DNA from: Oligoflexales bacterium
GTDB lineage: Bacteria; Bdellovibrionota_B; Oligoflexia; Oligoflexales; CAIYRB01
Direction of reading: 5' to 3'
Length of the DNA: 28,704 nt
Assembly: GCA_041736175.1 (NCBI GenBank)
Contig: JBGSUI010000010.1
Location: forward strand, 1 to 28,704
Shown here: one piece after another, positions 16,681 through 25,837 of the stretch
Layout of the letters: every line of letters begins with the position of its first letter
Position numbering within the stretch: the first letter of the stretch is position 1
Position numbers and translations under genes: made by a program
The notes under the pieces: generated by a model
The model's input: only the letters and a program-made list of their open reading frames with translations
Told to the model about the DNA's origin: nothing
The model's database searches: none

Positions 16681-19600
16681 TCAATCGAGTAGTGAGAGAA
16701 TTTCCTCGCGGGTCAGGGTTCCGGGAGAATTTGCTCCTTGCCCATCCAGGTCTAAAAGACGTGCCGCAAGGTCTTTTTTAGCGGCCTTAAGCACTAAAAT
16801 CCTCTCCTCCACCGTATTGAGGGTTACCAGGCGCTGAATCAAGACAGGGCGCTCTTGGCCGATGCGGTGGGCGCGATCGGCAGCCTGGTCTTCTGCGGCT
16901 GGATTCCACCAGGGATCTATAAAGATCACGTGATCGGCGGCTGTCAAGTTAAGACCGACACCTCCAGCCTTAAGAGACATCAGCATGACTTTTGGGCCTT
17001 CGGGCGCCTGAAACCGGTGGACCACTTCCATTCGGTCGGTCGTCTCCCCTGTCAGTGTAGCATAGTCCACTTGGTGATGGTCCAGGGCTAAACCGATCAG
17101 TTTTAGGAAACCAGTCCATTGGGAAAAAACCAGTATTTTATGACCGTTTTCAATACTTTCTGTTAGGAGGTCCAGGAGTACCGCCAATTTAGATGACCCT
17201 GGGTAAGGAGTGGCCTCATCCGTCGTAAGCTGGGTCCCTGGCAGCAGATGTCCGTGGCAAGCTGCCTGCCTTAGGCGGAGCAGCGCCTCAAGGGCAAGCA
17301 TGGCCTGGCCGCCAAAACCTAATTTACTAAGGAGATCATCGCGGGTTGCCAGGCGTAGGGCGTCGTAGCGGGAGCGCTCGTCGGGGGAGAGTTCCACATA
17401 ACAGACGGTCTCGGTGCGGGCAGGAAGGTCAGGAGCTACCTCGACCTTAAGGCGGCGTTTGATATAGGGGCTAATGCGGGTTTTAAGACGCTGCAAAGTC
17501 TCTTTCGATAGATCAGGGGTGACATAGAGGGAGCGAAAGGTGGTGAGATCGCCTAAGAGTCCAGGATTTGCAAAGTGCATCTGGCTCCAAAGGTCTTCGA
17601 GGCGGTTTTCTACGGGAGTGCCGGTCAAGACCACCCTAAACTTACTTTTAAGGGCGTAGCTCGCCTGGGCGATTTGGCTCTGGGGATTTTTAATGGTCTG
17701 CCCCTCGTCGATCACCACCGTGTCCCAGACCCTTTGGGAAAGTCGGTTAAGGTCCAGGCGCAGAGTGGAAAAGGTCGTCAAATAAACTTCTAACTCTCCA
17801 CTGAGTCCTGTTTGGTTTATGGAGCGGCCTGGCCCATGATAGAGATGAACCTTGGTGTGGGGGCGAAATTTAGCGATTTCTTCTTGCCAGTTTGGCATCA
17901 CGCTAGCCGGTGCAACCACGAGACATAGGCCTTTGAGGGCGGCGATGGACTGGAGGGTTTTGCCGAGACCCATCTCGTCGCAAAGCAGAGCCCCTGCTCC
18001 TTGGCCAAGATCCCTGAGACAACAGAGCCAGTTATAGCCCTGTTGTTGATAGGGCCGCAAGGTAGCCTTAAGGTCCTCGGGGAGGAGAGCTGGAGGAGGA
18101 TCCACGAGCTTACTTTGGATTCTCTCTGCATGGGTGATGGCGGCGGGAGGGGTTTGCCCCAGATCACGGAGGAACTGGCCAGCATCCACCAGAAAGGCCA
18201 CGCTCTGAGGGACGACTAAAGTGGAATCCGTTTGTACTTCGTGGGCACTGGTCGGGGCCAAGGGAATCCTAGCCAGGGAGGCTTTTTCGGATTGGTGCAT
18301 CGCCCTGTGGCTCATCATCTCTCTGAGCTGATGGCCATATTTTTTGAGCCAATCTTTGGGAAGCTCCGCCCATCCACCCCCCAGCAGCGGGACAAGGGAT
18401 TCCCCCTGCTGGAAAGCCTGGAGGACATCCTGGGGGTCCGCAAATTTTGAGGCCCCCTGGGGGACCTTAAACTGGATGGACAAATGGGGAGAGGTATTTG
18501 AATCCTCGATTGCTACTTCTGGTTTGAGAGTTCCGTAAAGGGTAAAGCTGCTGAGGTTTACACTGTCGCTGGCCGGCAGATGCTGGTTGGTTTTTAAGGA
18601 GTTTACCAAGGCGATGGCATCTTTGCCCCGGTGAACCATCTTTTGTCCGACTTCCCGGCCAAAGCGCCGGGTGGCTTCGTCTTTGAGCTTGAGTTCTTGG
18701 GCTACATCCCTCGTAGGGACGGGGATTTTTGGATCGATAGGCACAAGGCGTCCGTTTTCAACGGAAGCGACGATTCCATGCTCGCTGGTGTGGTACAGGA
18801 TTTTGACTTCCGAAAAAACCGATTGGGAATCTGCCGGGTCTCGGGTCACCACCAGGTCAAGGAGCGGAACGCCATAAATGGCCCCCGGTAGTTTTTTAGT
18901 CTTGATAAGGACCGGCACGACCTCCCTTAAGGGCGGCAGGATTTCGGCGACGATTTCGCCAAAATCCCTGGGTCCAAAAAGCCGCCCGTCCCTTAGGAGG
19001 TCTCGGAGTTTGGAATTGATGTTTGGTATCCAAAAAGGGCGCAAGCCCGAGCGGCAACGGGCAATCCCGTGGGCGTAAAGAGCCAGTATATCAGGATCCT
19101 GGTGGCCCCTGACCCGGACCCCTGGGCCGTCATCTTCAACTAAAACTTCTATGTTTACAACATCAGGGATCACCCGGATGGGTTGGCCTTGGTAGATTGT
19201 TTCCGTGAGGCGCGAGAGGGCTTTAAAAAGCTGCAACATGATTTTTTGTTGAGCGGAGGTGATCCCTTGGGATCCCGATAGGAGCTGGGGAGTCGGACTG
19301 GGAAAGGACGGGCTATCTTGGTAGACCAGGAGAGGGCATTGGATCAGGTGGAGGTCGATCTCCACGTCTTCGGGAGTTGCTGAGATGCCAGGATTGGGCA
19401 CCCGTCCGGCCACCATAGCAGCAATGGCGGTTTTAAGGGGAGTGATGCGCCCGTCAGGAAACAAAACCGAACGTTTGATTTGCAGCAAGGGATCGCGGTG
19501 GCTTTGGTCAGGTGGGGTTTCGACCCACTCATACTGGATGCGGCCTCCCACCGTGGCCGAGATGGGGATTTTTTGGCCATTTTCCTCGGCTCTTTTAATG

Positions 19601-19848
19601 GCAATCACAGAGGCGGCTACATGGACACAGGGGTCATCATCACTGCCACAGGTGCATAACCAGTCCAGGTCTTCATTGTAAAGGGTAACCTCAGCACTAA
19701 ATCCACCAAGGGATCCACTGACTCGCAGGTTGGTTTCTGCCGAGGACTGGCCAAGACCTGAGACAAGGTCTTTACGGGCGAGTTCGACTCCTTTTGACCA
19801 TAGTTGAGTCGAACAGGATTCTCGGACCTTTTGAAAGAGTGCGTCCAC
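16681..19848 (-). CDS. SWIM zinc finger-SNF2 family helicase
   Basis: CTCGSDDDPCVH (SWIM), LRPYQ, DEMGLGKT, IDEGQ, LTGTPVEN, LVFSQW, GGVGLNLT and QAADRAHRIGQ. Confidence 0.95.
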   Translation of the reverse strand: MDALFQKVRESCSTQLWSKGVELARKDLVSGLGQSSAETNLRVSGSLGGFSAEVTLYNEDLDWLCTCGSDDDPCVHVAASVIAIKRAEENGQKIPISATVGGRIQYEWVETPPDQSHRDPLLQIKRSVLFPDGRITPLKTAIAAMVAGRVPNPGISATPEDVEIDLHLIQCPLLVYQDSPSFPSPTPQLLSGSQGITSAQQKIMLQLFKALSRLTETIYQGQPIRVIPDVVNIEVLVEDDGPGVRVRGHQDPDILALYAHGIARCRSGLRPFWIPNINSKLRDLLRDGRLFGPRDFGEIVAEILPPLREVVPVLIKTKKLPGAIYGVPLLDLVVTRDPADSQSVFSEVKILYHTSEHGIVASVENGRLVPIDPKIPVPTRDVAQELKLKDEATRRFGREVGQKMVHRGKDAIALVNSLKTNQHLPASDSVNLSSFTLYGTLKPEVAIEDSNTSPHLSIQFKVPQGASKFADPQDVLQAFQQGESLVPLLGGGWAELPKDWLKKYGHQLREMMSHRAMHQSEKASLARIPLAPTSAHEVQTDSTLVVPQSVAFLVDAGQFLRDLGQTPPAAITHAERIQSKLVDPPPALLPEDLKATLRPYQQQGYNWLCCLRDLGQGAGALLCDEMGLGKTLQSIAALKGLCLVVAPASVMPNWQEEIAKFRPHTKVHLYHGPGRSINQTGLSGELEVYLTTFSTLRLDLNRLSQRVWDTVVIDEGQTIKNPQSQIAQASYALKSKFRVVLTGTPVENRLEDLWSQMHFANPGLLGDLTTFRSLYVTPDLSKETLQRLKTRISPYIKRRLKVEVAPDLPARTETVCYVELSPDERSRYDALRLATRDDLLSKLGFGGQAMLALEALLRLRQAACHGHLLPGTQLTTDEATPYPGSSKLAVLLDLLTESIENGHKILVFSQWTGFLKLIGLALDHHQVDYATLTGETTDRMEVVHRFQAPEGPKVMLMSLKAGGVGLNLTAADHVIFIDPWWNPAAEDQAADRAHRIGQERPVLIQRLVTLNTVEERILVLKAAKKDLAARLLDLDGQGANSPGTLTREEILSLLD

Positions 19849-19886
19849 GGTCCACTTTCTACTTATGTAGGTTTAAAAAATGAGGG

Positions 19887-21074
19887 TCAAGCCTGTCCTT
19901 GGACAAGGGCTGTACAGAAAGCTTGGTTTTCCGACTGGGTGCCAATGGTCACCCTCAGACATCCGGCGAGCCCCGGTCCTTGGGAGACGTTGCGTACTTG
20001 GATTCCAGATTTAAGAAGATGCTGGTATGCGTCCTGTGCTTTTGCGGGATCGGCCCAGCGGAGCAGAAAAAAATTAGCTTGGGACTCTTTAGCAGTAAAC
20101 CCCTTGGCAGGTCCGTTGGATTCAAACCACTGGGTAAGTTTTTGTTTTTCAGCATTTGTATGGGCAACGACCCGGGCGATATGCTTTTCGGTGGCGGGGT
20201 TACCCAGCAGCTCGTCGAGACAGATATTTTGGAAGGCGTTGAGTAAAAACGGCGGACGGACTTTGCGAAGCTGGTCTAAATAAATGGGCGAGCCCACCAC
20301 GTAGCCTATCCTTACCCCCGCAGCAGCAAGGGTTTTAGAAAAGGTTCGCACCAGGATCAGGTTTGAATAGCTGGCTAGCAACGGCCCGTAGTTTTCAGGG
20401 AGATACTCAAAGTAGGCTTCATCGGCGATAAAGAGCGATTGGGGGTGACGTGAGAGGAGTTGAGCGAGTTGGTCACTACTCAAGCTGTTGCCGACCGGGT
20501 TGTTAGGGGAAGCAAATATAACCACAGACCCGTCAGCAAGACCATCGAGAGCGGGGAGATCGTACTCTAATTCTTGGGTCAAGAGCCATGGCTCAAAGGG
20601 TATCCCCTCATAAAGGCAGTGGGCTTCGTAGTGGGGAAAGGAAGGGCGCGCAATCTTTAAACCGGGAGTTTGAAGGGAGCCCCCGTTTTTGAGCGGGGAA
20701 TTTGTAAGGTGTTTGGTAAAGGTGTTGAGAATCAGGGACAGGAGGTAGTTGGATCCTGGGCCGAGGAGAATCCAGGACGAAGGCACTCCCACATGCTGAG
20801 CTAGTCTCGAAGCCAGGTGATCACTGTAAGCAGATGGATATCGATTCCATGGGGTTAGTGCGAGTCGAGCACAGATTTTTTGTTTAAGGTCGGCAGGGAG
20901 ATCCCAGGGACACTCGTTTTGATCCAGTTTGACAGCAGCATCGCTGACGTCCAGTCGATAGCCTTTGGCCTGGACTAAGGAAGGCGCCAGAAAACCCTCG
21001 ACCCACCGATCACTCGGGTGCTTCAGGGAGGAAAGTGGGCCCGAGCTGGTCTGGGGTGTGGTGACTTCGGTCAT
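19887..21074 (-). CDS. hisC: Histidinol-phosphate aminotransferase
   Basis: KLDQNECP, NRYP, SPNNPVG, DEAYFEY, RTFSK...GVRIGY and LRVTIGT. Start trimmed to MTEV at 21074. Confidence 0.85.
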   Translation of the reverse strand: MTEVTTPQTSSGPLSSLKHPSDRWVEGFLAPSLVQAKGYRLDVSDAAVKLDQNECPWDLPADLKQKICARLALTPWNRYPSAYSDHLASRLAQHVGVPSSWILLGPGSNYLLSLILNTFTKHLTNSPLKNGGSLQTPGLKIARPSFPHYEAHCLYEGIPFEPWLLTQELEYDLPALDGLADGSVVIFASPNNPVGNSLSSDQLAQLLSRHPQSLFIADEAYFEYLPENYGPLLASYSNLILVRTFSKTLAAAGVRIGYVVGSPIYLDQLRKVRPPFLLNAFQNICLDELLGNPATEKHIARVVAHTNAEKQKLTQWFESNGPAKGFTAKESQANFFLLRWADPAKAQDAYQHLLKSGIQVRNVSQGPGLAGCLRVTIGTQSENQAFCTALVQGQA

Positions 21075-21525
21075 AAATTTTTCCAATCCTGTGGTAGACG
21101 ATGATCGAAACAGCGTTAGCAAGATTGTGGCTTCGAACACCAGGATGATACATGGGGATTTTATACAGACTGGACTCGTACTCGTCCATGATCCAATCGG
21201 GCAGTCCCTTGGTTTCCTGACCAAAAACAAAAACATCGGTATGATCAGGCATCTCCCAGTAGGATTTTTGCGCTTTCTTCGAAAATAAAGCAAGTCGGCC
21301 GCGAAAAGATTCTAGGAGCGGTCTGATATCATGATGGATTTCAAGATCTAAAAAGGGCCAATAATCGAGTCCCGCGCGCCGCAGGTTTTTGTCCTGGGGC
21401 GCAAAGCCAAAGGGGGTGATCAGATGCAGTCGCGACCCTGACCCCGCCGCAAGCCGGCCTATATTGCCGGTGTTTTGGGGGATTTCAGGTCTATATAAGA
21501 CGATGTGGGGATGGTGGGGGAGCAA
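21010..21525 (-). CDS. trmL: tRNA (cytidine/uridine-34 2'-O)-methyltransferase
   Basis: PEIPQNTGNIGR, RRAGLDYW, FGQETKGLP and IPM...RSHNLANAV. TTG start. Confidence 0.93.
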   Translation of the reverse strand: MLPHHPHIVLYRPEIPQNTGNIGRLAAGSGSRLHLITPFGFAPQDKNLRRAGLDYWPFLDLEIHHDIRPLLESFRGRLALFSKKAQKSYWEMPDHTDVFVFGQETKGLPDWIMDEYESSLYKIPMYHPGVRSHNLANAVSIIVYHRIGKIYDRSHHTPDQLGPTFLPEAPE

Positions 21526-21534
21526 GTCGTCTTC

Positions 21535-22287
21535 CTAAACTTTTGAGGACTGTGGAATCGCTTGGTGTTGTGGGTCTAGGGGAACCGTCCGCTTGAATTT
21601 TGCTAAGGTCCAGAGGTTGTAAGCGAGATGGGCTACCAGACCAGGCCAAAGACTCCCTGTGGCCATAAAGAGCCAGCCTAGGAGCAGCCCTCGAGCAAAG
21701 GCCATAACACTCCAGATGGTCAAGGCTAGGTTTGGTCCAAACTGGATGAGTCCATAGAGGCAACTGGCGAGGAAAAGTCCAAGAAATGGCTGGATGGCCC
21801 CGCGAAAAAGAATCTCTTCTCCGACAGCGGAAACTACAGCGATTAAGAAGAGTTGCGTATATGAGAGATTTGATACCACGCGGGATACAACTCCTGAGCT
21901 GACTGGATCGTGACCGTCAAGATCTTCGGCGTCGCCAGGCCTCCGGGGAGCCGAGGAGTCCGGAGTGGAAAACCAACTATCGCTAAGGGCGCCAAAGGCA
22001 ATCATGGCGATCGCTGCCAAAAAACCAACCAGCAAAAAGGATGGGTCTAAAAGACCGGAACCTTGGTCTTCAAATGTTAACCCGCCAAAGGAGAGCCCAC
22101 TCTCGAGGTTTTGGTGTCCATAGCGCATCACAAAGAGACCGATGGCGGCCATCACCATATAGGCCGAACAGACCGTTGTCAAAAATTCCATCCGGTTAAA
22201 GGGCGCCTGGTCTTTGGGTGTAAGGAGCTTTTCGGGTTTGCTAGACATAGTAAGGCCTACTGGTAGAGAGCTGATTGTCGAAATCAT
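21535..22287 (-). CDS. CPBP (CAAX/Abi) family intramembrane protease
   Basis: EEILFRG and AHLAYN plus several TM helices. Alternative start at 22248. Confidence 0.88.
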   Translation of the reverse strand: MISTISSLPVGLTMSSKPEKLLTPKDQAPFNRMEFLTTVCSAYMVMAAIGLFVMRYGHQNLESGLSFGGLTFEDQGSGLLDPSFLLVGFLAAIAMIAFGALSDSWFSTPDSSAPRRPGDAEDLDGHDPVSSGVVSRVVSNLSYTQLFLIAVVSAVGEEILFRGAIQPFLGLFLASCLYGLIQFGPNLALTIWSVMAFARGLLLGWLFMATGSLWPGLVAHLAYNLWTLAKFKRTVPLDPQHQAIPQSSKV

Positions 22288-22374
22288 TCCGACAATCCTG
22301 TGGATCAGGTTTACCTACCAAGCTTAAGAGGGGGTGTCTATGGATAAAGATTGGGTTAGGGGAGGGACTTAAGC

Positions 22375-22394
22375 GGGCCTTTTTGCAAAGGCCC
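22375..22394 (-). terminator. Hairpin terminator of the DUF1501 operon
   Basis: Minus strand reads GGGCCTTT-GCAA-AAAGGCCC (8-bp stem, GNRA loop), 20 nt after the stop. Weak U-tract. Confidence 0.6.
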
Positions 22395-22413
22395 TCTCGA
22401 TGGTTGCGATCTT

Positions 22414-23673
22414 TTAGGCTTTGACGAGCCTTGTGTGGGGGTTACCCGCAGGCACCACCGCCGAAGCGACAGTTGGGCCGCCACTTAGATGTCCCATCAA
22501 GCCCCAGAGGCCGTCCGTGCCTGCAGTCCCAGCGGGGAGTCTGATTTGGGCATCAACGTTTCCCGTCGAACCCTGCTTGATGCGTGGGCCTATCACCGCG
22601 ACGGAAGATGTCCCGGCGTGATCGCTTCCTGGAGCCGAGCGATTGAAGTCCCCAAAAATCATCACATGGACGTTAAACGCGGCGGTCTCAGTGATATTTC
22701 GGTCGGTGAAAAGCTTAAGGGCAGGCAAAATCCGAGTTTGAAAGGCAGCCCGTGCACGAGCGCCTGTGGTATCGCCGTGGGTATCCCACTGGGCTCCACC
22801 ACCATCGACGATAGTGACGACGTTGGTTCCCGAGGCAAACATAAGTTCGGCGGCAGCCATTTTGGCCATCATACTGGTGACGGCGGTCGAGGTGAGGTTG
22901 TAGGCTGCTTTGAGTTCTTCAGGATTAAAAGCCTGTTTTGGTTTCTTGAGAGTTTCTTGGGCTACTTTATAACCACTCGCCACGGTGATCAGAGAGTCTG
23001 GATTGCCCTCAAAGGTCCCACCCGACATGGCGAGAGACCCGGCGATTCCAGCGGCTGCTAAATCCCGGCCTGGCATGGTTGGGTCTGGAACTCCGCCCCC
23101 TAAAGCGTCGATGGTTGACTGCATGTCGTTGATCTGTTGGACGGTGACACCCCCGACAGCTGCGGTGGGTCCAAAAGGCAACTCGGCTCCTACCGCAGCA
23201 CATTTAATAGAGCCTGATCCACCCATCGCACTTGCGAGGGATAAGATTCCGCTTTTTCCTGCTGCCGTGAAGTGAGCTGCCTTAGCAGGTCCATGTGCAG
23301 TGATGCCATGGGCCACTCCGACCACTCCAAAATGGGATTTGGCAAAGGGGTTGAGCTGATTAAACATGACGTCCACTGTGACTTTATTGGCAGGGTCTGT
23401 TTCGGTCGGATTGAGGGCGACACCCGAAGTTGGAGTGACGCCGAAAGCTCCCGTTCCAGTGGCTAAGAGAGTGTTTGCAAATAGCCGTGTTCCATCACAT
23501 CCACCAGGCAGAAAGATAGCGAGCACTTTGGACGGTGCCGACTCCTCTGCTCCGAAAACCCGTGGGGCCCAAAGCCCACTGGACCCTAGCGCCATCGCTC
23601 CTAAACTCGTTCTAGCTATAAATTCACGACGATTTAACCCAGAGTTGTGACTGCGTTTGTGATTTTTACTCAT
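22414..23673 (-). CDS. Tat-exported DUF1501-like protein
   Basis: LNRREFI twin-arginine signal, IFLPGGCDG, WDTHGD and GDFNRS...SDH. Start MSKN at 23673 with GGAG. Confidence 0.8.
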   Translation of the reverse strand: MSKNHKRSHNSGLNRREFIARTSLGAMALGSSGLWAPRVFGAEESAPSKVLAIFLPGGCDGTRLFANTLLATGTGAFGVTPTSGVALNPTETDPANKVTVDVMFNQLNPFAKSHFGVVGVAHGITAHGPAKAAHFTAAGKSGILSLASAMGGSGSIKCAAVGAELPFGPTAAVGGVTVQQINDMQSTIDALGGGVPDPTMPGRDLAAAGIAGSLAMSGGTFEGNPDSLITVASGYKVAQETLKKPKQAFNPEELKAAYNLTSTAVTSMMAKMAAAELMFASGTNVVTIVDGGGAQWDTHGDTTGARARAAFQTRILPALKLFTDRNITETAAFNVHVMIFGDFNRSAPGSDHAGTSSVAVIGPRIKQGSTGNVDAQIRLPAGTAGTDGLWGLMGHLSGGPTVASAVVPAGNPHTRLVKA

Positions 23674-23704
23674 ATGTTCTCCCGTCTCTTTAAAAGTGTG
23701 TTGT

Positions 23705-24472
23705 TTAATAAGCAATAAAATCAGCTGAAGTTAAAATGCTTGCGATGGTGTGAGCCCACCTGACTTTGACGTCCGTTTCGGCTGCCGTCGCCATGATTGC
23801 GACGTTTTTGCAATGCTCCAACTCTGCGGGCGTCCCAGGTCGACGCCAGGCTAGGTTCATAAATTCTCCGCAGATTTTCTCTGCAGTTTCTGGTGTTGGG
23901 GCAGCCCGCATATCGGGATGGCTTCCGCTGATGGTCAGGCCACCATCGTAGGCAATCCTGTAGGTGGTATAAAGCGTGATACCGCTGGCTATGGGCTCCA
24001 CAAACCATCGCGGAGCACTCGTCGGAAAGGTCGGTGCTGATTTCGCCAAAGAAGCGGGGGCGACGTTGTTAAAGACTCGGGTGATTTCCGTACTCAAAGC
24101 CGGAAACGGTTTGATGCGGTAGCGATCACCTAGGGGAGCCATCTTTTCTATCCTTCCAGCTTTTAGGTCGACTCCTCCAAAGCCTTTGTAGGTGCGGGCT
24201 GTGTCTAATGCCGAGCAAGCGATGATCGTTGGTGCGGTGGAGCTTTCGCCAGGATCGGCTTCCTCACCACTTCCTAAGGCACCCGTAGGACCAGTTTTCT
24301 CTATATTATCTGGTTTTTGACCTTGCTTTTTTTCGAGGTCGGCTTCGGAGTCTTCCTCCGTAGCGTCATTGACGGTAGCGATTCCTTTAGCAGCATGCTT
24401 TTTCCCGCTGCTACAGGCGGACCACATAAAGGCCGAAACAAGAATCGTCATGGATAAAGATAGTCTTTTCAT
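23705..24472 (-). CDS. Lipoprotein with DUF1595-like C-terminal helical domain
   Basis: Lipobox WSAC, acidic linker, CGEFMNLAWRRPGTPAELEHC. RBS AAGGAGG. Confidence 0.75.
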   Translation of the reverse strand: MKRLSLSMTILVSAFMWSACSSGKKHAAKGIATVNDATEEDSEADLEKKQGQKPDNIEKTGPTGALGSGEEADPGESSTAPTIIACSALDTARTYKGFGGVDLKAGRIEKMAPLGDRYRIKPFPALSTEITRVFNNVAPASLAKSAPTFPTSAPRWFVEPIASGITLYTTYRIAYDGGLTISGSHPDMRAAPTPETAEKICGEFMNLAWRRPGTPAELEHCKNVAIMATAAETDVKVRWAHTIASILTSADFIAY

Positions 24473-24486
24473 AGTGTCTTTCCTCC

Positions 24487-25467
24487 TTAGTTGCAAAATG
24501 ATGGATCTTTAGCGATGGTTGCTAATGCTGTCTGAATCATACCGCTAGCTTTGAAAGCATCGACACAGCTATCAAAAAGACTAGCTTCACATTGGTTTTC
24601 GTTGCGTCCATAGAGGTAGCTAAAAGCGGTACGGCATGCATTGAAGAGATAGGCTTCAGATTCCACCATGGCTTTGACAAACTCTCCATCATCTTTAACC
24701 ATAACCCCACCTAAGGTAGCCAGTGCTGGTCCGGTGTAGGGGGTGTAGGTGATGTTGTTTCCAGTGCGGACCACTTTAGAGAGGACTGCAGAGTTTATGT
24801 CCAGAGCATGCCATCCCTCGTAATGGCAGGGTCGACAGGCCGGGGCTTGACGACCGTTTGCGGACACATCGGCACCAGGGGCATTGGTCGTAGCTACAAG
24901 CTCTAGGCCGAGAACGTTATTCATCATGCGGTAGGCCGTATTGAGTTTAATCCCGGCCGTCTCATTGCCTGCGTAGCGGTCCATCCAAATTTTGTTGCGG
25001 AAATATCCAAGACCGTTGGCGTTGTTGACCACCGTCACGGTTTGAGCAGCGCCAGCGCCTGTGGCCGTGAGATCATAGGGGCCTACAAACATGTTTTTCC
25101 ATGGTTCTCCCCTTGTAAGGATATGCTTAGCCATATGATAAGTAGCATCCTCGGCAGAGTTGGCTCCGCTGGCGCCGTTGGCTTTTGAATTAAAAAACCT
25201 AGCAAAGTTCTCTATAAAATCCGGCTGCTTGAGGAGATCATCAACGAGGGTTTGCGGATCCGTCGCCTGCTCAAGGGCCGGTGTTGGATAATTGCCTGTA
25301 AGAGCGATGGCTAGCCTAACGGAGCAACGCCCCTTATTCGAGGTGACTTTGCTCTGGGGACCTTGACCATGGGCGACCCCCGATGAAACCCAACTGTAAA
25401 CAAGAAAGGTACCACAGATCAATCGATAGAAATATCGATAGAAATTTTGGTAGTCATTTTTTAGCAT
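24487..25467 (-). CDS. Secreted protein with a single CxxCH putative haem c motif
   Basis: Signal-like N-terminus ending VAHG. CRPCH at 24823-24837. GGAGG RBS before ATG 25467. Confidence 0.75.
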   Translation of the reverse strand: MLKNDYQNFYRYFYRLICGTFLVYSWVSSGVAHGQGPQSKVTSNKGRCSVRLAIALTGNYPTPALEQATDPQTLVDDLLKQPDFIENFARFFNSKANGASGANSAEDATYHMAKHILTRGEPWKNMFVGPYDLTATGAGAAQTVTVVNNANGLGYFRNKIWMDRYAGNETAGIKLNTAYRMMNNVLGLELVATTNAPGADVSANGRQAPACRPCHYEGWHALDINSAVLSKVVRTGNNITYTPYTGPALATLGGVMVKDDGEFVKAMVESEAYLFNACRTAFSYLYGRNENQCEASLFDSCVDAFKASGMIQTALATIAKDPSFCN

Positions 25468-25586
25468 GAGCTGATTCCTCCAGGTGTATACCTCTATTAG
25501 AGGCAATGATTGATTTATCGATTCTCTTTAATAACTCGACTCTTTTGCCATCTTCCAGTTACTTACTGTCTTCTTTCTTATCTAAC

Positions 25587-25614
25587 CTATCGGTAAGCGT
25601 TTTGGGAATTTTTA
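25587..25614 (-). promoter_or_regulatory. Sigma28-like promoter for the CxxCH/lipoprotein/DUF1501 operon
   Basis: Minus strand reads TAAAAATT-N12-ACCGATAG. Confidence 0.5.
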
Positions 25615-25783
25615 GAAATTCTGGTATCTCCACAAAAAGACAAATAAAATGTAGTTTAATTAAAGCATCCCATGAATGATGGGCTATTTTAGCGTGATTC
25701 GATACTCTATGAATTATGGAGTTAGGATTTTGGTTAAATCATGTTTATAGGTATACAAAATTAAAGACTATTTGTCATTTGAC

Positions 25784-25811
25784 TCAGGGAACTCCTCCCG
25801 AGAGCCGATAA
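25784..25811 (+). promoter_or_regulatory. Sigma28-like promoter for the divergent lipoprotein
   Basis: Perfect -10 GCCGATAA at 25804-25811. Weak -35 TCAGGGAA at N12. Confidence 0.5.
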
Positions 25812-25837
25812 GTTGGTTAATCTATAAGGGAGGCGTT

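Noticed and set aside
21075..21293. 73-aa N-terminal extension of hisC in the ORF track
   Set aside because: Lies inside trmL in another frame. Aminotransferase similarity starts after MTEV.
22353..22377. GGGTTAGGGGAGGGACTTAAGCGGG G-quadruplex-like run
   Set aside because: The last loop is 8 nt and the fourth G-tract belongs to the terminator stem.
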